The notes: a model not told the origin generated them from the sequence alone. A stretch of 64,000 nucleotides of DNA from an uncultured delta proteobacterium (GCA_963727445.1 CAVSGI010000004.1:160001-224000), one strand, 5' to 3'; shown: positions 1 through 9,883, numbered from the stretch's first letter. Numbers and translations: made by a program.

Positions 1-2303
1 GCGACGTCAAGCCCGCCAACGTTCTGCTCTCCTCCCGCCGCGTCGCCGGCACGACCGAGATCGTCAAGCTCTGCGATTTCGGCATCGCCCGTCCCCTCGA
101 CCCGGCGGAGGACTCCGGGATCACCCGAGCCGGCGCGGCTCCGGGTACACCCTGGTACATGTCACCCGAGCAGTGTCGCGCCGCGTCGGTCGGCGTCCGT
201 GCCGACGTATACGCGCTCGGTGCGACGCTCTTCCACGTGCTCGCCGGCGAGCCGCCCTTTCCGGCCCGCGAGCCGGCGGTCGTCGTGGCCGGACATCTGA
301 ACGATCCACCACCTGACATTCGTTCGCTTCGGCCCGAGGTCGACGAGCACGTGGCGGCGATCATCGCGCGGGCGCTCGAAAAGGATCCCGCGAATCGGTA
401 CGCCGACGGGCGCGACATGCTGCGCGAGCTCGAGGCCGCGCGCCATGGAGAGCGGGCCAGCATCGTCATGCACCCGCTCCCTTCGACCGAAGGGGCGCGG
501 CCCAGCGTGTACCGCTTCGAGTGGCGCCTCGCGTCGACCCCCGAGGAGCTCTGGCCCTACGTCTCGGATACCGAGCGCTTCAACCGCGCGGTGGGCATCT
601 CGTCGGTGCATTTCAGCCACGAGCCGGCGGAGCACGGCGTTCAGACGCAGGCGCGCCAGACCGCGATGGGGATGGTCATGGAGTGGCGTGAGCATCCATT
701 CGAGTGGATCGCGCCTCGCCGTCTCGGTGTCCTGCGCGAGCACCACCGCGGGCCCTTTGCGTGGATCCGGAACACCGTGGATCTCACAGCCGACAGGGGC
801 GGCACGCTCCTCACCCACACCGTCGAGGTCGCCCCGCGGGGGACCGTCGGACGCGCGGCCGCGTCCCTCGAGATCGGCGTACGGCTTCGCCGCGCCTTCG
901 CCCGGGTCTATCAGCGCATCGACGAGACCTGTGTCCTCGCCAAGGCGGCGCAGGCTGCGATGGGGAGGGTGCGCACCGGCGACCCCTACGAATCGGCTCC
1001 GGAGCTCTCGCTCCTCGCGCTGCGCCGGCTCGACGCGGCGCAGGATCGACTGCTCACGCGAGGGATCGCGCCGGACGTGGTGGAGGCGCTGGTGGAGCAC
1101 CTCCGCGAGGCCGCGGCGCAGGAGGTCGCGCACATTCGTCCGGTGGCCCTCGCCCATCGATACGGCGTCGACGCCGACGCCATGGTGAGGGCGTGCCTTT
1201 GGGCAGCCCAGGACGGAGCGCTCGAGCTCTTGTGGGACATCATCTGTCCGGCCTGCAGGATCCCGTCTTCGATCGTCGAGACGATGGCGCAGCTTCGCGA
1301 GCACGCGCGCTGCGATGCATGCGACATCGACTTCGAGCTCGATCTCGCGCGTTCGGTGGAGCTGGTGTTCCGCGCCCATCCCTCGCTGCGCCAATCCGAT
1401 CAGGCGACTTATTGCATCGGTGGGCCCGCCCACTCGCCGCACGTGCTCGCGCAGGTCAGGCTCGACCCGGGCGAGCGTTTCCTCCTCGATCCCGAGCTCG
1501 CGGAGGGCGCATATCGTCTGGCGGGTCGCTGGTCGGACAAGAGCTGGGAGTTTCGCGTCGCACGTCAGGCGCCTCACGACGAGTGGCACCTGCGCCTCGA
1601 GCGGGGGCTGTCCAGCAACGCCTCCCGGAGCCTTCGGCCCGGCAAGGTGCGGATCCTGCTCGAGAACGATCAGGAGCACGAAGCTGTCGTTCGCCTCGAG
1701 CGGGCGGACGGCCGGTCGGAGGCCTTCACCGCATCTCACGCGGCGTCGCATCCGCTCTTCCGAGAGCTCTTTCCGAGCGAGGTGCTCTCTCCGGACCAGC
1801 TGGTGGGCGTCAGTCACATCGCGGTGGTCCTCGCCGAGACCGCGGACCCCAAGCGGCTCTATCGCGAGGGTCGAGACGGGCGCGTGTTCCGCGAGCTGTT
1901 GGAGCTTCGCGAGAGGGTGGAGCACCACGCCGCCGTCGAGGGGGGGACGCTGGTGAAGCTGATGGGCGACGGCGTCCTCGCGGTCTTCACCGACAATCAC
2001 GCGGCGCTGAAAGCCGCGCTCGCCATTCATCGCGAGTCGAGCGCGGCGCGTGTCGTCGCCCACGCAGGCGCCGCCATGATGACCACCATCGACAACCGCC
2101 TGGACTACTTCGGCCGACTCATCTTCGAGTCTCAGTTCTTCGGCGCCAACGTCGCTCCTGGCGAGCTCCTGGTCTCGGAGACCCTCATCGTGGACGAGGC
2201 CACCGCGCAGCTCTTCGCAGCCGAGGCCCCGGGCTCGCGCGTCTTCGTGAAGGAGGGGCTCCTCGCCAATCGCGTCACGCCGGAGGAGGCGGAGGTGGCG
2301 TGA
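1..2303 (+). CDS. Ser/Thr protein kinase (5'-truncated) fused to SRPBCC-like, DUF5939-like and degenerate class III nucleotide cyclase domains
   Basis: The frame is open from the window edge: (R)DVKPANVLL, VKLCDFG, GTPWYMSPEQ, DVYALG. It continues with LWPYVSDTERFNRAVG (SRPBCC-like), WDIICPAC...CDAC...YCIGGPAHSPHV (DUF5939-like) and VKLMGDGVLAVF...LDYFG (cyclase-like). Confidence 0.85.
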   Translation, partial: DVKPANVLLSSRRVAGTTEIVKLCDFGIARPLDPAEDSGITRAGAAPGTPWYMSPEQCRAASVGVRADVYALGATLFHVLAGEPPFPAREPAVVVAGHLNDPPPDIRSLRPEVDEHVAAIIARALEKDPANRYADGRDMLRELEAARHGERASIVMHPLPSTEGARPSVYRFEWRLASTPEELWPYVSDTERFNRAVGISSVHFSHEPAEHGVQTQARQTAMGMVMEWREHPFEWIAPRRLGVLREHHRGPFAWIRNTVDLTADRGGTLLTHTVEVAPRGTVGRAAASLEIGVRLRRAFARVYQRIDETCVLAKAAQAAMGRVRTGDPYESAPELSLLALRRLDAAQDRLLTRGIAPDVVEALVEHLREAAAQEVAHIRPVALAHRYGVDADAMVRACLWAAQDGALELLWDIICPACRIPSSIVETMAQLREHARCDACDIDFELDLARSVELVFRAHPSLRQSDQATYCIGGPAHSPHVLAQVRLDPGERFLLDPELAEGAYRLAGRWSDKSWEFRVARQAPHDEWHLRLERGLSSNASRSLRPGKVRILLENDQEHEAVVRLERADGRSEAFTASHAASHPLFRELFPSEVLSPDQLVGVSHIAVVLAETADPKRLYREGRDGRVFRELLELRERVEHHAAVEGGTLVKLMGDGVLAVFTDNHAALKAALAIHRESSAARVVAHAGAAMMTTIDNRLDYFGRLIFESQFFGANVAPGELLVSETLIVDEATAQLFAAEAPGSRVFVKEGLLANRVTPEEAEVA

Positions 2304-3648
2304 CCCACGGACCGTCCGAGGCGGTTGCCGTCATCCCCTTCACTCGTCGCTCTCGAGAGATCAGCAGCCAGCTCGCGAAGAGCGAGCCGAAGAGCATCGA
2401 GAAGCCCACACCCACCGACGCCGCCCCCCACTCGAGGGGGGTATCCGGCGCCTCCACCCAGCCGCGCACGACCGCGAGGTGAAGCAGCAGCGGCGACAGT
2501 GACGTCGCGAGCGCCGGCCTTTGGAAGTGCATACAGAGCGCGACACCGGCGACCACCAGGGTGGCGTCGAGCCAGAGGTGGTGCGGCGGCCAGTGTCCGC
2601 CCAACCACCCGGAGCTCCACGCGGCGAGGTGAGACGCGAAGAGCATGCCCATGAGCAGGCGTGGTCGCGCCTCGTCGCTCACGTCGATCGCGACCACGAC
2701 GGCGTGCTGGTGTAGCGGCTCGTAGCTCCGGTAGGGCGGCGCGGGCGCGGTGGTCGTCCGCACGGCCATGCGCGCGAGGCGCGCGCGCCAGGCGACGAGA
2801 CCCAGGGTGGTCGCAGCCATCAAGGCGATCAGCCAGAGATTCGAGGGCGCGAACCAGGTGGCGCTCAGGAGCGCGAGCGCGACACCGATCCACACCTCGG
2901 ACTCGCGGCGCGCGAAGCGGATGGCGAGGAGCGGCACGATCGGGACGAGGAAACCCACGTCGAAGAAGTAGTCCGAGCCCCAGAACGTGACGCGAGCCAC
3001 CGCCATCGCGCTCCACAAGAGCCACACGCCGTAGATCGAGCGTCGCCCGCGGACGTCCCAGCCGATCGCGCTCTCGACGTTGCGCGTGGTCCAGAGGCCG
3101 GCGGTGCCGAGGGCGAAGACCCAGAGCGCCGAAAGGAGCGACCGGGCCTCCGGACTGGCGACGCGGAAGAAATGCGGCAGGAGCGCGAGACCCAGCGCGC
3201 CGATCGCCGCGACGCCCAGCGCCGAAGGGGAGACGCGCAGTTGGAGAGCCCGGCAGAGGAGCAGGAGCTTCCCGAAGAAGAGGACGAGCCACACCGCGGT
3301 CGCCAGCCTGCCGGCGACGCCGAGGTAGGAGCAGGTCTCCACGTGCAGCATGGGGTCGCACTGGAAGAGCGCCGCGAGGAGGCCGAGCATCGCCGCCGGG
3401 CGGCGGCGGCCCAGGCGAAAGAGGAGGGCGGCGCCCCCGATCAACGCAAAGGCGTACACCTCTGCGATGGCGGCGACGCCCATGATCGCGGGCACGGAAT
3501 CGCCGCGGGTCATCTCCTGCGACAGCAGAGTCGACCCTCCACAAACGAAGGCAGCGCTCGCCAGGTAGAGAGGGTTGTACTCGACCAACCAGCGATGGAG
3601 CAGCCGCTCCATACGGGATCGCTCCGGCGTTTCGGCGTCGTCGTGCAT
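2275..3648 (-). CDS. Multi-pass membrane protein of unknown function
   Basis: 457-aa ORF with many hydrophobic helices and an NPLYLASA motif. GAAGGAG RBS before ATG and a sigma-54-like promoter upstream. Confidence 0.7.
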   Translation of the reverse strand: MHDDAETPERSRMERLLHRWLVEYNPLYLASAAFVCGGSTLLSQEMTRGDSVPAIMGVAAIAEVYAFALIGGAALLFRLGRRRPAAMLGLLAALFQCDPMLHVETCSYLGVAGRLATAVWLVLFFGKLLLLCRALQLRVSPSALGVAAIGALGLALLPHFFRVASPEARSLLSALWVFALGTAGLWTTRNVESAIGWDVRGRRSIYGVWLLWSAMAVARVTFWGSDYFFDVGFLVPIVPLLAIRFARRESEVWIGVALALLSATWFAPSNLWLIALMAATTLGLVAWRARLARMAVRTTTAPAPPYRSYEPLHQHAVVVAIDVSDEARPRLLMGMLFASHLAAWSSGWLGGHWPPHHLWLDATLVVAGVALCMHFQRPALATSLSPLLLHLAVVRGWVEAPDTPLEWGAASVGVGFSMLFGSLFASWLLISRERRVKGMTATASDGPWVTPPPPPPA

Positions 3649-3698
3649 GCGTCTCCTTCGCGGGCGCTCCTCCTGGCTCCGCTTCCTTCGCCAAGTGG

Positions 3699-3714
3699 TG
3701 CAACGCGAGTGCCA
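3699..3714 (-). promoter_or_regulatory. Sigma-54 (-24/-12) promoter candidate
   Basis: Minus strand reads TGGCACT-CGCG-TTGCA, about 50 bp upstream of the ATG at 3648. Confidence 0.65.
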
Positions 3715-3843
3715 TCGAGCGCGCCTCGCATTTCGCGCGAAAGCCGCCCGCCGAAGTCGGTGGCTCCTGTCAGCCCGACACAGGCCGCGGCCCGAAGCTG
3801 CCGATGTGACAACGGGCCGACGCGATGGACCGACGCGATGCGC

Positions 3844-4359
3844 TCAGGCGTAGACGGTCGTTTCGGGGACGTCCGGCGTCTCGTCGCGTGCCGGGTCCTC
3901 GAGCCCGAGCTCTTCGAGGGGGTCGCCGTCCCAGAGGCGACCGCGGAGCATGTGCCCGTACATCTTGAAGTCCGAGAGGAGCGACCAGAGCGGATACTCG
4001 AAGGTCGCGGGGCGGTTCTTCTCGAAGCCGAAGTGCCCGGCCCAGGCGCAGCCGTAGGCCCACACCACGCCGGCCGGGAAGAGCACTGGTGACGCGAGCG
4101 AAGGGAGCGCCACCATCGCGGCGACGTGCCCCCAGGATTTCTTCTCGCCCTCGTGCTTCACCCCGTGGGTGAAGATGCTGGCGAAGCCTGCCATCGCGAG
4201 CGGAAAGGTGACCGGATTGGTCGCGACGCTCCCGGCGACCGCTGCCAAGAACCCGCTCGTCCCGACGAAGTGGAGGCGCCGCGATTTCGGATCGCGATGC
4301 TCCGACAGGTAGTGGGGCCAGAACTCTTCGTAGCTCGAGATGCGCTCTTTCGTCGTCAT
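3844..4359 (-). CDS. DUF962 / Mpo1-like membrane protein
   Basis: SYEEFWPHYLSEH...RRLHFVGT...AWAGHFGFEKNRPATFEYPLWSLLSDF. Start placed at ATG 4359, just after the DUF3501 stop. Confidence 0.85.
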   Translation of the reverse strand: MTTKERISSYEEFWPHYLSEHRDPKSRRLHFVGTSGFLAAVAGSVATNPVTFPLAMAGFASIFTHGVKHEGEKKSWGHVAAMVALPSLASPVLFPAGVVWAYGCAWAGHFGFEKNRPATFEYPLWSLLSDFKMYGHMLRGRLWDGDPLEELGLEDPARDETPDVPETTVYA

Positions 4360-4366
4360 GTCGGGT

Positions 4367-4948
4367 TCATCCTTCGAGGTCGTCGGCCAGCTCACCGCGG
4401 GTCGCCGGGCTCAGCGGGGCTTTCGCTTCGTAGCTCGGATGGCTCACGACCAGCGCCGCTTCCGCGCTCGCGTCGCGGAGGGCGGCCGCCGCGTCCCTGC
4501 CGGGAGCGAAGAAGAGATAGTTCACGGCGGGTAGACGCCCCGGCTCCTCGCCGGGGAGCGGGCGAAAACGGGCGGGGTGTGTGGCGTCGCCGATCTGGAG
4601 CGCCACGTGCTCGCCCAGGTCGGCCATCGCGTCGAGGGCTCTTCTGCGCTCGGTCTGATCGTCGTACTCGATCATCAGCGTCGCGCTCAGCTCGCCGTCG
4701 CCCGGCACCAGCTCGTTGTAGGTCTCGAGCTCGTGGTGGATGGCCTTGTCCGCGCTGATGCGTTCGGTGCGGAGCATTTCCTGGATCTGCAGCAGCGCGG
4801 TGTCGTGGTTTTCGAAGACGAAGGTCATGTGCTCGCCCACCGACACGCGACGCCGCTTCTTCGCCTCGATCATTCGGCCGCGAAAGTGCTCCCGGATCTT
4901 CTCGTACTCGCCCAGATCGAGGAGCTCGGAACGCTGAACCTTCTTCAT
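4367..4948 (-). CDS. DUF3501 family protein
   Basis: LGEYEKIR...KKRRRVSVG...FENHDT...QIQEMLRTERI...ELETYNELVP...LSATLMIE, in its usual position after rubrerythrin and the Fe-S oxidoreductase. Confidence 0.85.
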   Translation of the reverse strand: MKKVQRSELLDLGEYEKIREHFRGRMIEAKKRRRVSVGEHMTFVFENHDTALLQIQEMLRTERISADKAIHHELETYNELVPGDGELSATLMIEYDDQTERRRALDAMADLGEHVALQIGDATHPARFRPLPGEEPGRLPAVNYLFFAPGRDAAAALRDASAEAALVVSHPSYEAKAPLSPATRGELADDLEG

Positions 4949-6293
4949 GCTTCTCTGTGCTCCTCGGTCCGAATGGACAGGCGCTCGGGTCGCACGGGGG
5001 GAGCCCGTAGGCTTCGTTCAGCAGCTCCACCGGATGCACCGCCGGGCGGCCGAGCTCCTGCTCGAGCCGCAGCCCCGCCAGAGGGCAGTCGGTGGCGACC
5101 ACGTCGAAGGTGTCGCTGCTCATCTCGTCGACGAGCTTCTTCGCGTACTTGCGGCCGAGCTCGAAGTACTGCGCTTTCATCCCCCAGGTGCCGTCCACCG
5201 CGCTGCATTCCTGGACCGCGACCACGCGCGTGTCGGGGATCTTGCGGAAGATGCGCTGGGTCGGGAAACCGATCTTCTGCGCGCGCAGATGGCAGGGTGC
5301 GTGGTAACCCACCTTGCCCAGCGCACGCTCGAACTCGAGGGAGAGCTCGTCTTCCAAAAAGAGCCGGAAGAAGAACTCCATCAGGTCGAAGGTGTTTTCG
5401 GCCACCGCCCGCGCTTCGGGCGTCCCGAGAAGCTCGGGATAGTCCTTCTTGAGCACGTAGCTGCAGGTCGGACCGGGGGCGATGATCTTTCGACCCTTGT
5501 CGACGTGCGGGAAGAGCGTCGCCACGTTCCGGGCGGCCTTCTCCTTGGCGGCCGCGATGTCGCCGCCGTCCATGTTGGGCATGCCGCAGCAGGTCTGTTC
5601 CCCGGGGACCTTCACAGCGAAGCCGTTGTGCTCGAGGCACTGCACCGCGGCGACGCCGGCGGTGGGAAGATTGAAGTTCACCGTGCAGGTGGTGAAGAGG
5701 ACGACCTCGCCCTTCTCGCCGGCGGTGGGGAGCGCGCGATGCTCGCCGAACCACTTGAAGAGCGTCTTGCTCGCGAACGGGGGCAGGTTGAACTCGCTGG
5801 ACATGCCAGTGACGCCCTGTTGCACCTTGCGCAGGAGCTGAACCTTCGACACCAGGTTCGCCATCGGCGCGGCGGGGCCGCTCGCGAGCTTGCCGAGGAG
5901 CTGCGGCTCTCCCAGCACCTGATCCTGGATGGTGACGCCGTCGCGCTTCGCGCGTTGGGCCTTGTGGCGGAGCATCAAGCGCGGGAAGTCCACCATCCAC
6001 TCGTGGCCGTCATCCGGCGTGTAGGGGCACTTGAAGTAGCAGAGCTTGCACTGAAAGCAGAGGTCGTTGACGACGCGGTAGTCCGCGTCGTCGAAGCGCT
6101 CCACTTCGCCCATCCCGCGCGCGACGTAGCCATCGACGCGCTCGAAGAGCGCCGGGAACGATGGGCAGAAGCCCACGCACATCCGGCAGCTGTGGCAGAT
6201 GCTGAAGACCCGCTCGAGCTCGCGTTCGAGGTCCCTGGGATCCCAGAAGACGGGATCGTTCGGATCGAAGACCGGCGGCCGTTCGGGTTTCAT
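4945..6293 (-). CDS. Rubrerythrin-associated Fe-S oxidoreductase (GlpC/HdrD-like, CCG domains), apparent frameshift near the 3' end
   Basis: [59 protein letters not shown]. As assembled the frame runs on to 4392 across DUF3501. One extra base in the G6 run at 4996-5001 gives a stop at 4945-4947 overlapping the DUF3501 ATG (ATGA). Confidence 0.85.
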
Positions 6294-6354
6294 GAGAAGG
6301 GATGCCGAGCCCGGCGCCGACCTCGCGGGCAGCGCCGGACCGCGGCGGGCGCTC

Positions 6355-6774
6355 CTACTTCAGCTCGTCGAGCGCCTTCTGGAAGCGCCCGGCGTGCGAT
6401 TTTTCGGCCTTCGCCAGGGTCTCGAACCACTCGGCGATGTCGTCGAAGCCCTCTTCGCGCGCGGCCTTGGCCATCGACGGGTACATCTCGGTGTACTCGT
6501 AGGTCTCACCGGCGACGGCGGCCGCGAGGTTCAGGTCCGTCGGGCCAATCGGCTTGCCGGTCGCCGGGTCGCCGGACTTCTTGAGGTAGTCCAGGTGCCC
6601 GTGGGCGTGGCCGGTCTCGCCATCGGCCGTGTCCTTGAAGAGGCCGGCGACGTCCGGATAACCCTCGATGTCCGCGACCTTTGCGAAGTAGAGGTAACGC
6701 CGGTTGGCCTGGGACTCGCCGGCGAAGGCGTCCTTGAGGTGTTGCTCGGTCTTGCTGCCCTTGAAGTCGGTCAT
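6355..6774 (-). CDS. Rubrerythrin family protein (short, no rubredoxin domain)
   Basis: [16 protein letters not shown]...ETGHAHGH...[11 protein letters not shown]...AEKSHAGRF diiron four-helix motifs, 139 aa. Confidence 0.93.
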   Translation of the reverse strand: MTDFKGSKTEQHLKDAFAGESQANRRYLYFAKVADIEGYPDVAGLFKDTADGETGHAHGHLDYLKKSGDPATGKPIGPTDLNLAAAVAGETYEYTEMYPSMAKAAREEGFDDIAEWFETLAKAEKSHAGRFQKALDELK

Positions 6775-6862
6775 GGGGAAAAAGGCCTCCTAGCCATCGA
6801 GAGGAGGAGGTTTTATCGGCGGCTCCCCGAGGGGTGTCAAGTGAGCTTTCTCCGCCCCGAGC

Positions 6863-7771
6863 CTAACCCCGCGAGAGCAGGGCCAGGCGCTCGGCGCTCG
6901 GTGCATCCTTCGTACTTCGCCGGAACGCGACGGGCTTCAGAACCAACAGAACGCTGACGACGATGCAGGCGGCGCCGACGAGCACGCCGGACTCGCCGAC
7001 CCAGATCCCCGGGTCGTGGGAGGAGCCGTCGAAGGCGCCTTGGATGTTCGAGTTCCACGCGGAATGCAGGACGATCGCGGGCCACACGCTTCCGGTGGAG
7101 AAGCGGTGGTGCGCCATCACGTAGCTCGCGGCGGTGATCTGGACGAAGAACACCAACAGGCTAAGCCACAGCACCTCGCCCGGGCTGTACTGACCGCTGA
7201 TGATCAGCGGGGTATGCCAGAGGAACCAGACGAGGGAGCACACGAGCACCGGGCGCGGGACCCCCGCGTCCACCAGGCGTGTCAGCATGTAGCCGCGCCA
7301 GCCGATCTCCTCCCCCGCGGCGGTGACGGCGGAGAAGAGCACCCCGACCGTTCCCGTCGCGCCGAGGAAGGCGAGGAAGCGAACGAACGGTGACTGATCT
7401 TCGAGCGCCACGAAGATGGCCGGGGGCTCGAAGGTGACGAGGCCGGCTGCCCAGGCGATGCCGTAGCCGATCAGCCCGACCACGATGGGGTAGAGCAGGG
7501 AGACGCCGATCGCGCGCGCGCCGGCCCAGCCGCCCAGTCGAAAGGACACGTCTGCGAAGCCCTCGCGCAGGACGAGTCGGGTGACGATGGACGAAAGACA
7601 CGGCGTCCACATCAGCGCGACGACCAGGGCGACGTGATCGGTGATCGGCCCGCCGCGGGCGATGATCATCCCGTCGACGATCGCGGTCCCGACCAGGGTG
7701 AGGACGCCGTAGACGAGCAGACCTTTGCGGGCGCGCGCACGAACGGCGGGGGTTGGTGGAGCAAGAGGCAT
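6863..7771 (-). CDS. CPBP (CAAX/Abi) family intramembrane metalloprotease
   Basis: GEEIGWRGY, WFLWH and VLHSAWN motifs. Start placed at ATG 7771. Confidence 0.88.
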   Translation of the reverse strand: MPLAPPTPAVRARARKGLLVYGVLTLVGTAIVDGMIIARGGPITDHVALVVALMWTPCLSSIVTRLVLREGFADVSFRLGGWAGARAIGVSLLYPIVVGLIGYGIAWAAGLVTFEPPAIFVALEDQSPFVRFLAFLGATGTVGVLFSAVTAAGEEIGWRGYMLTRLVDAGVPRPVLVCSLVWFLWHTPLIISGQYSPGEVLWLSLLVFFVQITAASYVMAHHRFSTGSVWPAIVLHSAWNSNIQGAFDGSSHDPGIWVGESGVLVGAACIVVSVLLVLKPVAFRRSTKDAPSAERLALLSRG

Positions 7772-7834
7772 GGCGGTCGAGGTACGGACGAGGAGGGACG
7801 CTATTTCGCCTCGTCCCCTCGTCCCCCGCGACAA

Positions 7835-7850
7835 AGCAGGCGGCGTGCCA
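7835..7850 (-). promoter_or_regulatory. Sigma-54 promoter candidate
   Basis: Minus strand reads TGGCACG-CCGC-CTGCT upstream of the CPBP gene. Confidence 0.55.
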
Positions 7851-8059
7851 GTGACGGGCGGTCGTTTCTCCACGGATCTCGGCCCGACGCGACCACCCAT
7901 GGAGGGGCCAACGGACCCCGAGCGGCGCCGAGAGGAGCCACCTACGCATGTTTGTGAAGAAGTGTTTTCTCACGCGGCGGGGCTGGAACCGGTCCGAAAA
8001 TGCCCCAGAGTCGTAACGCTCAGAGGTGCGCGGGCCCTCTGCTGTCACGAGGAATGAAC

Positions 8060-8824
8060 ATGAAGTTGCTACGAAACATCGCTCTCGCTCTTCTCTTCGC
8101 AGGTCTGTTCGCGACCACCGCCGAGGCTCAAGTGTCTGCCGCGACGCTGCCCGATCCCAGCGTGGCCGGCGAGCGACTCGACGCCATCTTCGCCAAGCAG
8201 GCCAGCCACGCCGAGTTCGGCCGTTGGGTCCACGGCATCGGCGGCATCGCGATGGGAGGCGCGGGCATCGGGGTGGGCGCCTGGCTCATGCTCGACGACA
8301 GCGTCTGGGACAACCGCGACCTTCAGCTCATCACCGGCGGCCTCATGCTCGGTATGGGCACCGTGGCCCTGACGAGCGGCCTCTACTCGCTCTTCACCCC
8401 CACCTTCGGCGGTGAGCGTTATGAGCGCTTCCGTCTCGCCTACGCCGATGGATTGAGCGAACGAGAGCTCGGGCAATTCGAGGGCGAGCTGCGCCTCGAT
8501 GCGGAGCGCGCGCGCTTCGGGCGCCAGATGCACATCGTGACCGGCTTCGCCAAGATGGTCGGCGGCCTCGGCATCGTCATCGCGACCGCCGCCGCCACGA
8601 CCACGCAAGGCCAGGAGGAGTTCGGCTACATTGCGGGCGGCGTCATCGCCGGGCTCGGACTGCTCACGGCGATCAAGAGCCTCTTCTGCCGGAGCTCTGC
8701 CGAGCGCGCCTGGGAGAGCTACCTGAACGGCGACGTGCCCGAAGCGCGCGCCTCGGTTCAGGTCGACGTGGCGCCGATCATCAGCGGCCAGACGGGCGGC
8801 GTCTCCGTCGTCGGCTCTTTCTGA
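8060..8824 (+). CDS. Hypothetical exported/membrane protein
   Basis: GAGGA RBS, signal peptide (..TTAEA/Q), two Gly-rich hydrophobic hairpins and a C-terminal GGVSVVGSF strand. Confidence 0.7.
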   Translation: MKLLRNIALALLFAGLFATTAEAQVSAATLPDPSVAGERLDAIFAKQASHAEFGRWVHGIGGIAMGGAGIGVGAWLMLDDSVWDNRDLQLITGGLMLGMGTVALTSGLYSLFTPTFGGERYERFRLAYADGLSERELGQFEGELRLDAERARFGRQMHIVTGFAKMVGGLGIVIATAAATTTQGQEEFGYIAGGVIAGLGLLTAIKSLFCRSSAERAWESYLNGDVPEARASVQVDVAPIISGQTGGVSVVGSF

Positions 8825-8863
8825 GTGCTCGTCAGCGATAGAGCGGAGCGCTAAGCTTCGGCC

Positions 8864-9241
8864 GTGACGCTCTTCGAAGAGCTGGGCGGTGAGGAGAGGC
8901 TCCGGCCGATCATCGATCGGTTCGTCGATCGCATGTTCGACGACGTGATGATCGGCTTCTTCTTTGCGCGAGCCAATCGCGAGCGCATCAAGAAGTTCGA
9001 ATACCAGCACGCGGCGGAGTTCCTGGGCGCGCCCATCGCCTACGAGGGACGTCCGTTGGGGGTGGCCCATCGCGCCCACCAAATCATGGGTGGCCAGTTC
9101 CTGAGGCGGAAGGAGATCCTCCGAAAGACGCTGGTAGAGCATCAGGTCCCCCCGCACATCATCGACGCCTGGATGGAGCACGTGGAGTCTCTGAGGCCCC
9201 TGATCACCAACGATCCCGGGGGGGAGTGCATCGAGCACTGA
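8864..9241 (+). CDS. Group I truncated hemoglobin
   Basis: TLFEELGG...IIDRFVDRMFDDVMIGFFF...FLGAPIAYEGRPLGVAH. Confidence 0.88.
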   Translation: MTLFEELGGEERLRPIIDRFVDRMFDDVMIGFFFARANRERIKKFEYQHAAEFLGAPIAYEGRPLGVAHRAHQIMGGQFLRRKEILRKTLVEHQVPPHIIDAWMEHVESLRPLITNDPGGECIEH

Positions 9242-9257
9242 ATCACACCGTGATGGT

Positions 9258-9276
9258 ATAGCAATCGAGTTGCAAT
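9258..9276. promoter_or_regulatory. Imperfect palindrome, candidate Fur/Zur-family operator
   Basis: ATAGCAA-TCGAG-TTGCAAT (6 of 7 arm positions pair) in an AT-rich intergenic stretch upstream of the uptake operon that ends in a Fur-family gene. Confidence 0.55.
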
Positions 9277-9333
9277 AGCACTTCGCTCGCAACGACTTGA
9301 CGCGCCCGGGATCGTCTTTCAATCTCGACCGCG

Positions 9334-9720
9334 GTGCGCCCGTTCCACCTCGCGTCTGCCTGGCTCTGCCTCTTCGCCCTCCTGCCGGGGGTGGGGCATT
9401 ACTTCATCACACCGCATGGGGTGTGCCCGGAGCACGGCGAGATCACCCACACCCAGATGCGCGGAGGCTCCCCGCATCATCGCGTCGTCCCCTCTTCTGC
9501 GACGGGGTCCGCCGTCCTTCGGGCGGCGACCCCCAGGGCCACCGGCCACGACGCGCACTGCCTCTTCACCTCCGACCGCCGCGAGCATCTTCGCCCCCCG
9601 CCGCGCGGCCTCGCCCTCTCGGCCCCGATCGCCGTGCGACCTTTCCGTCGCACGCCCATGGAGCGAGGGGGCGCGCGCGCCGTCTACGAGCTCGCTCCGA
9701 AGAGCTCCCCACCTGCCTGA
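9334..9720 (+). CDS. His/Cys-rich small membrane protein, DUF2946-like candidate leader ORF
   Basis: N-terminal hydrophobic stretch, HGVCPEHGEITH, HDAHC and C-terminal LAPKSSPPA. Lies directly upstream of a TonB-dependent receptor. Confidence 0.6.
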   Translation: MRPFHLASAWLCLFALLPGVGHYFITPHGVCPEHGEITHTQMRGGSPHHRVVPSSATGSAVLRAATPRATGHDAHCLFTSDRREHLRPPPRGLALSAPIAVRPFRRTPMERGGARAVYELAPKSSPPA

Positions 9721-9747
9721 GCGTCCGTAGGTCGTCGTTCGAAGGGC

Positions 9748-9811
9748 GGCGGGCGTTTCCGCCCGCCACCAAGAGGTGATCCCCGCGCCGCCGAAAGGGG
9801 GGCGGATCACC
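9748..9811 (+). promoter_or_regulatory. Two GC-rich stem-loops between the leader ORF and the receptor gene
   Basis: GGCGGGCG-TTTC-CGCCCGCC (9748-9767) and GGTGATCC...GGATCACC (9775-9811). Neither has a U-tract. Confidence 0.5.
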
Positions 9812-9883
9812 CGAGCGACATGCAGGCACTCGGGTCGCATCGCGGCTCGGCGTGGCTTTCGCCATCGGCACGTGGAGTCGTTC

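Noticed and set aside
4392..4944. Apparent long C-terminal extension of the Fe-S oxidoreductase
   Set aside because: Arg-rich off-frame translation of DUF3501, explained by a single homopolymer indel.
6863..7771. 'Abi' protease as an abortive-infection defence or bacteriocin-immunity gene
   Set aside because: CPBP family membership alone does not imply this, and no bacteriocin or defence context is present.
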